Assembly (NCBI GenBank): GCA_964016885.1
Contig: OZ024743.1
Span: 51,708,001-51,772,000 of the forward strand
Origin: Eledone cirrhosa
Taxonomy: Eukaryota
Direction: 5' to 3'
DNA: 64,000 nucleotides
Made by a program: the position numbers and the translations under genes. The notes beneath the pieces are model-generated. The model saw only the letters and a program-made list of their open reading frames with translations, searched no databases and had not been told where the DNA came from. Every line of letters begins with the position of its first letter. Position 1 is the first letter of the stretch. This document shows, one piece after another, positions 12,964-24,165 of the stretch.

Positions 12964-13089
12964 GTATGTATATATATATATATATATACATATAGTTATG
13001 TATGTATATATATATATATATATATATACATATATATATGTATGTATAAATATATATACATATATATATGTATGTATATATATATATAT
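12838..13089. repeat. (TA)n compound microsatellite
   Basis: Direct observation. Confidence 0.95.
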
Positions 13090-13572
13090 GAGGGGGTATC
13101 CAAAGTTTTCCGGACTAGTTCTGTAGTGTGCCAACAGATGGCAACACACGGTTGCACATGCAATGAGAGCTAGCAGTGACCTTCAATCGCCAGTGTGCCA
13201 AGTGACCTGATCTGTGGAGCACGAAGAATTGGATTCTTCACAATGACAATGCACTCTGTCACCAAGTCCTCCTCATTCAGCACTGGCAGATTTCCATCTC
13301 ATCTCCAAGCTGAAAATGCAGCTCAAAGGTCACCGTTTTAACACCGTTGCCGAGATCCAGAGCAAATCGCAGAAAGTCCTCAATCTTCTTACAGAAAACA
13401 ACTTCCATGCCTGATTCCAAAAGTGGCAGGAATGCAGGGACCGGTATATTGCTGTGCAAGGTGACTATTTTGAAGGAGAGGATGTTAAAACTTAAGTAAA
13501 TATACTAGTCAAACTAGTCAAACATACTAGTTAAACATAACTAGTCTGGGTACTTTTTGATACAACTCCAAA
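13088..13572 (+). mobile_element. Internally deleted mariner DNA transposon
   Basis: Imperfect TIRs GAGGGGGTATCCAAAGTTTTCCGGACTAGTT / AACTAGTCTGGGTACTTTTTGATACAACTC. Transposase relics WILHNDNALCH and KLKMQLKGHRF...FQKWQEC...QGDYFEG. Flanked by TA microsatellite. Confidence 0.88.
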
Positions 13573-13611
13573 CATATATATATAAATACATATATATACA
13601 TATACACACAT

Positions 13612-13646
<35 letters not shown>

Positions 13647-14202
13647 TGTGAACTCATTCATATATTTATATGTATGTAGACCATGTTCTCTTATACCATA
13701 TTTTAATATACACCTTAACTCCATTATAAATTTTATTATACATTTCTGTAGCATGAAGAAGCCTGCAACCTTTGGCTGAAACCGGTACAAAGAATTACTA
13801 TTTTGTAAATAAATGTTTTGTGGTTATTCTACTGTCATCCCTATCATGTAGACTTGTAAGTTCAAAGTGACATCACACCTTTGTTCAGCCAATCAAATCT
13901 CTAGGAGCATAGAAATAACCAATCAAATACCAACACAATTTGACATGCTGAAATATGCAGCCAAGTGACATCTTGTTCTCTGGGGAAATGAAGGACATTT
14001 TAAAGAGTCCTAGATAGACTATGTTTGACAAATAGCAGAAAACAGGATTGTTATAGCTAAGAGAGGTCTGCTGGATGAGGGCTAACCTGGTATAAAAGAC
14101 AGGGATGGATGGTTGACAATTATTCCAGTTGTTTGATCAACAGTCTGTTCATGAATTAACATGTAAAGTGGCTTGGCATTCCACAGACATGTACCCTTAA
14201 TG

Positions 14203-14422
14203 TAGTTCTCAGGGAGATCTAGCATGACACATTATGTGACCAAGCAAGAGTAACATTGACATAGTTCTCAGGGAGATCCAGCATAACACAGTATGTGACC
14301 AAGCAGGAGTAACATTGACATAGTTCTCAGGGAGATCCAGCATGACACAGTATGTGACCAAGCAGGAGTAACATTGATATAGTTCTCAGGGAGATCCAGC
14401 ATGACACAGTATGTGACCAAGC
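14203..14422. repeat. 59-bp tandem repeat (about 3.7 copies) of a SINE-like segment
   Basis: TAGTTCTCAGGGAGATCCAGCATGACACAGTATGTGACCAAGCAGGAGTAACATTGACA starts at 14203, 14262, 14321, 14380; a related dispersed copy lies at about 14717. Confidence 0.9.
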
Positions 14423-15359
14423 TAGCCCAGTGAATTACAGGTACAGTCTATCTTGTACTATAGTGTAAGTGGCTGAGTATTCCATAGATACGTGTAACCT
14501 TAACATGATTCAGTATGACACAAAGATGAAACCTTGTGTGGAACCTTGAATTACTAGTACAGTCCATCTTGTATTATAGAACTTTGCCTTTCATCCTTAC
14601 AGGGTCGATAAAATAAAGTACCAGTAATGCACTGGGGTAATTGCTGGCCTTGTGCCAAAAGTAGAAACAATTATAGTATACATGGCTGAGTATTTCACAG
14701 TCATGTACCCTTAATGTAGTTCTCAGGAAGACTCAGCATGACAAAGTGTGTGACAAGACTGGACCTTTAAATTACAGGTAGTATCTATCCAACAGGCTTC
14801 CAGACAATCTCTGTCTATACATTTTCATTCACAAGATTTGGGTTAACCAGATACTACAGTAAATGACACTTGCTTCAGATGTCTGCAGTGGGATTGAACC
14901 TGCTACCATATGATTGTCAAGTCTTGGGTATGACATTAAACTACAGTGGCAAGGCTTCAGTTCGACAGATCAAGAGCTGTGGGGAATGTGGAGTTACCCC
15001 TTAGTTGTTATCACTCCCAGGTCTGCTCTGGCCCAGAGTATTAGTACGTGTTAGGGCCCCATTTATGGGTTAAATAATTACCTTAATCAAGTGACACTGG
15101 TAAGGTATTATCAGCCATTGAAAAGAACCATCATCATCATCATCAGCATCACCGTTTTTATGTCCGTTCTTCCACGCTAGCATGGGTTAGACAGGTTGTC
15201 CTGTTGTGGGCAGTCTCCGGTCGGCTGACTTTGTCTTGCTCATACGGGAACTGATTCTGGCTTGATTTCTACAGCTGGATGCCCTTCTTAACACCAACCT
15301 CATTTACAGTGAGTGCTGGGTGCTTTTTTCTGTGGAGCCTACATGTCTACTTTACGACC

Positions 15360-15540
15360 ATTTTGCAGTGGAATGATATGGACCTCAGTCCTATCATCTC
15401 ATTTCTACAGCTGAGTAAACTGGAGCAATGTGAAATAAAGTGTCTTGCTCAAGGAAACAACACATCACCCGGTCTGAGAATTGAACTCACAACCTTTCGA
15501 TTGCAAGACCAATGCTCTAACCACTAAGCCATGCGACTTC
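15360..15540 (-). mobile_element. tRNA-derived SINE
   Basis: Reverse strand: A box TGGCTTAGTGG, B box GAGTTCAATTC, body CCTTGAGCAAGACACTTTATTTCAC. Partial copies at about 6445-6575, 12705-12835 and 38915-39000. Confidence 0.85.
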
Positions 15541-16458
15541 AACCATGGAGAGTGTATTTAACAGCACTAGGGTTAGAACCCCTAACTACACTGTCAAGGA
15601 GCAGTCAGGTTGTTATGACTCTGTTGGTTTAGAGCCTCAGGGAGGGCCAGTGAATGTGGATGGGCAGTCTCTGAGACACAACATAAAAATATCTCGGGAA
15701 TTTTACCTGCCCGAGATAATGTGGCCACACAAATTTGACTATTATTTTTCATACAGATAGCATCCCTAAGTAATTTCTCAGTGATTTATTCTTTTGATAC
15801 TCTGGTTCTGTAATACAGATCTGTTTATTTTAAAATGTTTCTATTTATTTAAAAACCATCTAATTTTATTATGGAAGAATCTTTGTTATGATGTGTTTCT
15901 AACACCAGATTAATCAACAGAAAGCTAATTATATTACTAATCCCTCAAAATCTTTGGTTATTCCAAAACTATTTGAAAATCATGTGAGACAGTGTTACAT
16001 TAGAAATATCGTTACAAACAGTTAATGTTCTTTTTCTAAACTAGAATACTGCTTGCTCTCTCTCTCACACACACATTTATACACACACACATTTATACAC
16101 ACATTTAAACAATTTATCTAAATTCATATTTTTTTAATATTTTCACTAAGAAACTAATATAGTTCCCTAACGCTACGAAGGCGCTCCAACCATGCCACTC
16201 ACTACAGATGACAGATAAATTGTTAGAATTGTGTGATAAAATTATCAGATATAGCACACATACATACATACAGACATAGACATTCCCACATACAGATACC
16301 CCCACACACACAGACCCATACACATACATATGCATACATTCAAGCTTTTGCCCAAATCCCCATCCCCTCCCCCCTCCTCCCTCCAACTCACATACAAAAA
16401 AAAAAGAAAAGTTATATTTTCTTTAAACAATTGGTTTTCTTTCCCAGCCACGTCAGAC

Positions 16459-16650
16459 AACCACCACTACCACCACCACAACCCCCTCAGACCACCACCG
16501 CTACCACCACCACCACAACCCCCTCAGACCACCACCACCACCACAAGCCCCCTCAGACCACCATCACTAATAACACCACCACCACCACCACCACCACCTC
16601 CTCAGAGCATCACCAGCACCACCGACACCTCAGACCCCCCCCCCTCCCCA
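16459..16650. repeat. (ACC)n / CCCCTCAGACC low-complexity repeat
   Basis: Direct observation. Confidence 0.85.
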
Positions 16651-16751
16651 GTCATTAACATATTAGCAACAAGTACAACACTGTATAACACCATGACTAC
16701 CAATAACTATACTTCCTGTATAATTTTCATCAGCCCTCAAGCAATCCCTTG

Positions 16752-16765
16752 ATATATATATATAC

Positions 16766-16806
<41 letters not shown>

Positions 16807-16821
16807 CATACATATATGTAT

Positions 16822-16852
<31 letters not shown>

Positions 16853-17255
16853 CATATACATACACACACACATATATATATCTAGAGATATATACATACA
16901 TATATGTATACACACACACATATATATATATATACATATACATACACACACACATATATATATCTAGAGATATATACATACATATATGTATACACACACA
17001 CACATATATATATATAAATACACACACATATATATATATAGAGAGAGATATATACATACATATATGTATACACACACACACATATATATATACATATACA
17101 TACATATATACATACATATACATATACACACATATATATAGATATATACATACATATATGTATACACACACACATATATATATATATATATACATATACA
17201 TGTACATACAAATACATACACACACATATATATATATATACATACATATATGTAT

Positions 17256-17308
<53 letters not shown>

Positions 17309-17975
17309 CATGTACATATATATATACATACATATACATACACACATATATATATATATAGATATATACATACATATATGTATACACACACACACATATA
17401 TATATACATATACATGTACATACATATATACATACACATACATATATATAGAGATATATACATACATGTATACACACACACACACATATATATATACATA
17501 TACATGTACATACATATATACATACATATACATACACACATATATATATATAGATATATACATACATATATGTACACACACACATATATATATATACATA
17601 TACATACATATATACATACACACACATATATAAATATACATACATACTCATATACACACACACACATATATATATACATATATACACATATACACACACA
17701 CACACATACACATATTTACACACACACACACACGCACATATATATACATACACATATTTACACACACACACACATATATATACATACACATATTTACACA
17801 CACACATATATATACATACACATATATACACACACACATATATATATATACATACACATATATACACACACACATATATATATACATACACATATACACA
17901 CACACACACACACAACATACATATACATACACACACACACAACATACATATACATACACATATATATACACACAC

Positions 17976-18021
<46 letters not shown>
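16752..18021. repeat. 1.27-kb compound (TA)/(CA)/(TACA) microsatellite
   Basis: Direct observation; source of the YI/CV/HT pseudo-ORFs. Confidence 0.97.
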
Positions 18022-18022
<1 letters not shown>

Positions 18023-19189
18023 TCACTCACAATAGAATGAACAAAGAAAGTCACATTGAATAAAAAATGACATCTTTCCATCCAAAAAGCTTGACAACAA
18101 AACATATTCTTTAGAATTGAAACAATCGAATGGTTGTTGGAAAATTACATTTGGTTGTGTCTCTTTATACTTGCCACAGGAATACCTGTTGGAATACCTG
18201 TAATTTAACCCTTTCATTAACATATTTCTTATGAAAGACACTCCTAATTTTCAAATAACTTTGAAATGAATCAAATATTAGGAAAGATTTAGTAACACAA
18301 GTGACTTTCTCATTATTAAGCTGGTATTTGGAACATAACTTAACAAAGGTTCTTACATAAAATTATGATGATAGGCTTTTAGATAAATATAAACCCTTTC
18401 ATTACCATATTTCTAATGAAAGACACTCCCTGTAATTTCCAAATAATTTTGAAACTAATCAAGAATTTAGATGGATTTGTAATATAATTCACTTCATCAT
18501 TATTAAGGTGGTGTTTGGAACATAACTTAAAGGTTCTTACATAAAATCACTATAGGAAGTTTTTAGATAGATGTAAACATTTTATAGCAGCTTGGTATTG
18601 TAGAACTAGGAACAGTTTCAAATGGTTTGGCATCATCATCGTTTAATGTCATGCCTGTATGTCACATTATCAGATTTAGGTGAAGTGACCATGTCTTGCT
18701 CATACAGATCTGTATTTTGGCTTGATTTCTATGGCTGGAAGCCCTTCCTAACACCAACCACATTACGTTATGGACTGGGTGCTTTATATCATGGCACCAA
18801 AATGACCAGTGAACTGGGTGCCTTTTTTTGTATCACCAGCATGATCGCCTTACAGGTTGGATTGACTGGATGCTTAGTTGTTGTAGCACCAGATCAGTAT
18901 ATAGGGTGGACTTTGTGGGGTCTATAATGTATTATTTGGGAGAAGAGGAGTGAAGATTGGGGGGAGACAAGTACACAAGTTCAACATGAGTGAAGTGCAG
19001 GGGTATTAAGACTGGAGATGGGTAAAGAGCAAAAGATTGGTGCTGACTTGTGTCTTCAACACGTTTCATCCTGTGCACATGGGAAGGTGGGACTTCCGCA
19101 ATACAGCATAACACCAGAGATCTCAATCCTGTGTCACCTCCTTTGAGATGTTTAATTAACCAAGGTCAGCTTTTATCACTTCATTGTAA

Positions 19190-20285
19190 GCTTTCCTAGG
19201 TCTTCCTCTTGAGTGCCCTGCATCTTTTAATACAGCTGTCATTATCCATATACATCACATGTCTATACCACCACATATGTCTAGTTTCTCTCTCAGTTCA
19301 TTGGTACTTTGCTGTTCATGCACATTACTATTACACACCATTGAAGCATACAAGCTTCATTTCTTTACAATCTTTGTAGGTCCACTGCACATAGTGCCCA
19401 GGTCTCACTTCCATGCAGATTGTTGTTTGTACACAAGCATCATACAATCTGTCTTTCATTTTGAGGGGAAAACTTTTTGTAGCTAACAGTGGTAGTAGTT
19501 TCCTGAACTTTTTCCATCCTGTTCTCATTCTGGCTACTGTACTTTCAGAACACTCTCCACCACTTCAAATTCGGTCACCCAGGTAACAGAAGCTGTCATC
19601 TTCTGCTATGGAGCCCTCTCAGCATTTAATAGAGCTTGTTTCTTGTGAGCTCTTTCTGCTCTCTGACTCTGTACAGTGACCACATATAAAACCTATTTGC
19701 TAGCCTGCCTGTAATCACATTACAATTTTTGAGTACCCATAGTTTGCATTTGGGATTGAGGATGGAATTTCTACCCACTCCTTTTCTGCACATTGAGCAA
19801 GGCCATCTCCCTAAAAGGATCTGGGCCCTATTTTCCTTTCTACTTACTAGGACTTTAGTTGTTGCCTTTAAGAACTAGGCCAGGCTTCCAGGTTTGGAAT
19901 TTCTTCTTTAATCAAAGATTCAACTGAGGGTTAGATCATCAGCATATAGAAGTTCCCATGGGCAGCCAGTCTTATACTCTTCTGTTATAGCCTGCAGGGT
20001 GATAATAATCATGTGAGAGCTAAGAATGGAGCCCTGATGCTCCCCCCCCCCCCACACACACACACTTGCATGCTAAATTCCTCACTATAATCATTATTAA
20101 TTCTAACCTTGCTGACTGCTCATTTGTACATGACTTGTACTGCTCTCTCATCTAACCCTAGTTTTTTAAGAGCCCACCAGATTATAGAATGGGGGACCCT
20201 GTCAAAAGCTTTCTCCAGGTCAACAAATGTCAAGTAGAGGGGTTTACTTTTAGCTTGGTACTTCTCCTATAGTTACTTCACAAGG
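19190..20285 (-). mobile_element. Decayed RTE LINE RT fragment
   Basis: MRTGWKKFRKLLPLL...LYDACV; recognisable FVDLEKAFDRVP and LLYADDL remnants on the minus strand. Confidence 0.85.
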
Positions 20286-20614
20286 AACGGTGTACTAGTT
20301 TCAAGCTTATTAACTATCGTCAGCATCGTATACCTTCCTGTCAGATGATTGGACGTTTCAAAGTATATACTTTCCTTATACATATTAACAGCTGAGTAGC
20401 CTAATTTGCATATCGAGTGAGTTAGTTGGCCGGGTGTACCAAAAACGATCGTTTTCGGTGCGCCTGGCCGACTAACTCACTCGATATGCAAATTAGGCTA
20501 CTCAGCCGTTAATATGCATAAGGAAAGTAGATACTATCAAACATCCAATCATCTGACAGGAAGGTATACGATGCTGATGATAGCTAATAAGCTTGAAACT
20601 AGTACACCGTTCCT
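20283..20614. repeat. Long imperfect palindrome (about 165-bp arms, no spacer)
   Basis: AGGAACGGTGTACTAGTTTCAAGCTTATT... / ...AATAAGCTTGAAACTAGTACACCGTTCCT, centred on AAAACGATCGTTTT. Confidence 0.95.
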
Positions 20615-21117
20615 GTGTCAGTGTTGAACAAAAAGGCGACGATGGTTGCCGAACACTGTATGGCATAATTTGGGCTGTTTGTTTACAAACAAACCGAACA
20701 TTATAATAAATGTTCTGTAAACCCATACGTACATATATATATATGTGTGCATGTATGTATATATATACATACTACGGTACCTATGTATACATATATGTAT
20801 GTACGTATACATACTTACATTTAAGTATCAGCCGTACTAAGTGTGAGAAATGAAATTTCGTTTCATTCTTTTCCATTTATATATATATATATATTGGGAG
20901 GGTCATGTTGCCAATAAGAAACACACGCACCAGTTGCTTTCACTTCAATTTATTATAATAAATTTATAAATTTATTATAATAAAGTATAACAATATCGGT
21001 TTCAACACACGTTTTCAGATAAAGAATCTTGCTAAACAAATTCAGAAACGAAATATATATACGTGCTTGTGGATACGGTGTGTGTATATATACATATAAA
21101 TACAATATAACACTTAC

Positions 21118-21663
21118 CCTGACGTCAATTAATCTGTGAGTGAGTGGAATAAATTCATCTAAAGACAAATAACTGTCTTCATTCAAGTCATATTGACGGA
21201 ACAGGTTCAATCCCGCTTCGCCTACACTAGCCAGAAGTTCTTGTTTGGCACTTTCATGGTGCAGGGAATCAAGTGTCTTCTTATAAACAACAGCACATAT
21301 AGCAGCAACAATGATCGTCCAAAGCAACCAGCTTTTCAAGTACTTAATGAAGCTTATAAATTTCCTTTTTATTTTGGAATCGGCAACCTTTTTGTCTTTT
21401 TTATCTTGTTGACCTTTCATCGCCCCTTTGTGATTCGAACCATTGCCGGTTTTCTCATCGTTAGGAAAGTTGTCGGAATTTTGACCGGTTGTAGAAGGTT
21501 TCTTCGGTGAATTGTTCTTCCGTCTGTTGGTTAATTCCGAATGTTTAGAAGTTGATGGAACGGTAGTTGTCTTGTTAACAGACTTGGCAGTGGCAGAATT
21601 GTCTACCAAGTCTGCAGACCGTTTAACGACGGAACCAGAAGGCTGTCCCGTCCTACTGGGCAT
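21118..21663 (-). CDS. SELENON: Selenoprotein N, coding exon 1 (N-terminal tail, TM helix, EF-hand)
   Basis: ATG at 21663 (MPSRTGQ...), hydrophobic segment WLLWTIIVAAICAVVY, EF-hand DLNEDSYLSLDEF. Ends AGG|GTAAGT; 546 nt, phase 0. Confidence 0.88.
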
Positions 21664-22083
21664 TATTAAACTTCTCCACCGACATACAACTCGCAATATT
21701 TAACGCCGCACCCTCTACATTAAATACTCAATGCACGAACTGCCGTAATTATTTTTACACTGCGAAATAGCGATGTAACAACAACAAGTCAAACGGTGGA
21801 TGAGCATGTAACTAGAGAAAGGGTGAGACACAGTAGTGTAGAGGTAGAGAGAGAAGGAGATAAACGACAGAATTAGAGAGAAAAGAGAAGAATAGAAAGG
21901 TTAGAAAAGAGGGAAGGCGGGGGAGAAAATTAGTTAAAATTAAATGGAAGAGAGAAGGAAATGAAATATAAAGGGCAAATAACTCTAACAGCAAAACATG
22001 GGATTATTTCTCTTTACATGTGAATTATTTTGATTTATTGTTTGTTTTTATTTAATTTTTAATTTATTTTTCTTCTTCTTTGA

Positions 22084-22123
<40 letters not shown>

Positions 22124-22129
<6 letters not shown>

Positions 22130-22364
22130 CAAAATATTAACAAATGAAGATATTCACATCATCAAAATATATGCTTTATTATATATATTTTGAAGGTACT
22201 GTGTTGTTTATATCAAGACCGTAGAGGTATGTCATATATCAAATCATATATTTTATCTGACGAGGACGTACTGGAAAAAAACAACACAGTACCTTCGAAA
22301 TATATATAATAAAACATATATTTTGATTATGTGAATATCTTCATTTGTTAATATTTTGAATAAT
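22124..22364. repeat. Inverted repeat, about 86-bp arms, about 70-bp spacer
   Basis: ATTATTCAAAATATTAACAAATGAAGATATTCAC...GTGTTGTTT / AAACAACAC...GTGAATATCTTCATTTGTTAATATTTTGAATAAT. Confidence 0.93.
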
Positions 22365-22420
22365 TTTAAAACTCCAGGAATATTTTTTTTGTTGAGTGCT
22401 TTTAATCTATTGTAAAACTG

Positions 22421-22891
22421 GGCATACGTCAAAACGGCCGGTCGCAAAAGTGAAACTAATTTTTGACAGTTACGTACACGTTATAAGAGTTATTTAAATT
22501 TATATATATAAAATAAAGGAGCAAATAAGAGCATGATATGAAGGCAGTCATGTGTGTGTGTATATATGTGTGTGTGTGTGTAAACGAATGTAAAAGAATA
22601 TATGTAGGGCATAGATAAGGTTTCCTAGAATTTTACACACGCACACATATATACACACACACGTGTATATATTATAGTGTGTATGTGTGCATATATAAGT
22701 GTATATGTGTGTGTACTTTTAGATTCGTTTACACACACACACACATATATACACACACACATGACTGACTTCATATCATGCTCTTATTTGCTCCTTTATT
22801 TTATATATATAAATTTAAATAACTCTTATAACGTGTACGTAACTGTCAAAAATTAGTTTCACTTTTGCGACCGGCCGTTTTGACGTATGCC
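22421..22891. repeat. Inverted repeat, about 175-bp near-identical arms, about 120-bp spacer
   Basis: GGCATACGTCAAAACGGCCGGTCGCAAAAG... / ...CTTTTGCGACCGGCCGTTTTGACGTATGCC. The ORF track shows the same MRPAVLTYA peptide on both strands. Confidence 0.97.
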
Positions 22892-23349
22892 TATATATAC
22901 ATATATATACACACACTCGTTATGTATTGTTGTTTTAGCCGGTTTCCTTTACGTGCAGAAAACCACGTAGGTCATCTCTCTCTCTCTCTCGCTCTCTCTC
23001 TCTCTCTCACACACACACAAGGAGACAGAGAGAGGCAATATAATCTTAGCTAAGTTAAGCGAAATATTTAATCCCTGATAGAGTAGCACGACTCAACAAG
23101 TTGTTGATGTTATGTCTAGTATAGACATATAAATATAGTATCAGCAGAGAATGCCGAGTGAAAAACAGTTCCTTAAAACCAACAGATAACTATATCGCTA
23201 CTTCGTCAGCCACCTTGGTGGCGTGCAATTTCGCGCATTTGGGTATTATTGTACTATATATATGTGTGCGCGCGCCAAACATCGAAGATTGTTTCTTTTA
23301 GTTTCTTTTATTATAGCTGCGAAACTACATCAATGACTCGCACGCGCGT

Positions 23350-23350
<1 letters not shown>

Positions 23351-23430
<80 letters not shown>

Positions 23431-23444
23431 ATATATATATATAT
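23351..23444. repeat. (CA)n(TA)n microsatellite
   Basis: Direct observation. Confidence 0.95.
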
Positions 23445-23476
23445 AAAAGAAAATTTCGCTCTACATGGCTGAATAC

Positions 23477-23718
23477 AATAAATGTAATCTGAGTTTTTCG
23501 AATATTAATAATAACATTCGATTAAGCAAACGAACCTCAATGTTATAGCCATGTCAGTAAAATGAACCCTTCATTCTTGCTCTTGTGTTGGCATGCGAAC
23601 CCAAGAGCAAGAATGAAGGGTTCATTCTACTGACATGGCTATAACATTGAGGCTTGTTTGCATAATTGCAAACGAATCGAATGTTATTAATATTCGAAAA
23701 ACTCAGATTACATTTATT
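23477..23718. repeat. Imperfect palindrome (about 115-bp arms) centred on GCATGC
   Basis: AATAAATGTAATCTGAGTTTTTCGAATATTAAT...CCCTTCATTCTTGCTCTTG / CAAGAGCAAGAATGAAGGG...ATTAATATTCGAAAAACTCAGATTACATTTATT. Confidence 0.95.
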
Positions 23719-23878
23719 ATATATATGTATATATATATATGTATATATATATTGTTATACTTTGGGAGGGTCATGCTGCCAATAAAAACACCTGTTTGAG
23801 AAATTTATAATAAATTGAAGTGAAAACTAACAAGTACGTGTATTTTTATTTGTAACATGACCGTCCCAAAGTATAACA

Positions 23879-23943
<65 letters not shown>

Positions 23944-23945
23944 AA

Positions 23946-24165
23946 TGTAAAAAGTAAACAGAAATAACAACACAATCGGTACAGTAAATGGAAGGAATAT
24001 ATTAGGTTAACGCTTGAAATAGCACGAAGAGGGACTTAACGTTTCGGACGCTAGTCCTTCATCAGAAGAAAGAATGAGAAATTACAAAGATTGAAGGCAT
24101 GGGCAGGGCGGAATCGGAAAAAAATGTTTTTAGATAAAAACAACAGGTCCATTCATGTTGACATC
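23946..24165 (-). mobile_element. About 220-bp dispersed repeat carrying a minimal hammerhead motif (Penelope pLTR-like), copy 1
   Basis: Similar to 30831-31044; both follow a (GT)n run. Reverse strand CTGATGA-A-GGAC-TAGC-GTCC-GAAACGTT at 24035-24070. Confidence 0.65.

Noticed and set aside
15470-15540. tRNA gene
   Set aside because: A/B boxes are present but run into a repeated SINE body, with no acceptor stem.
16737-18105. Long YI/CV/HT ORFs (up to 429 aa)
   Set aside because: Dinucleotide microsatellite translations.
18023-18200. Possible missing SELENON exon (flanked by AG/GT-like sites)
   Set aside because: No SelN similarity in any frame; the expected exon was found at 11410-11514.
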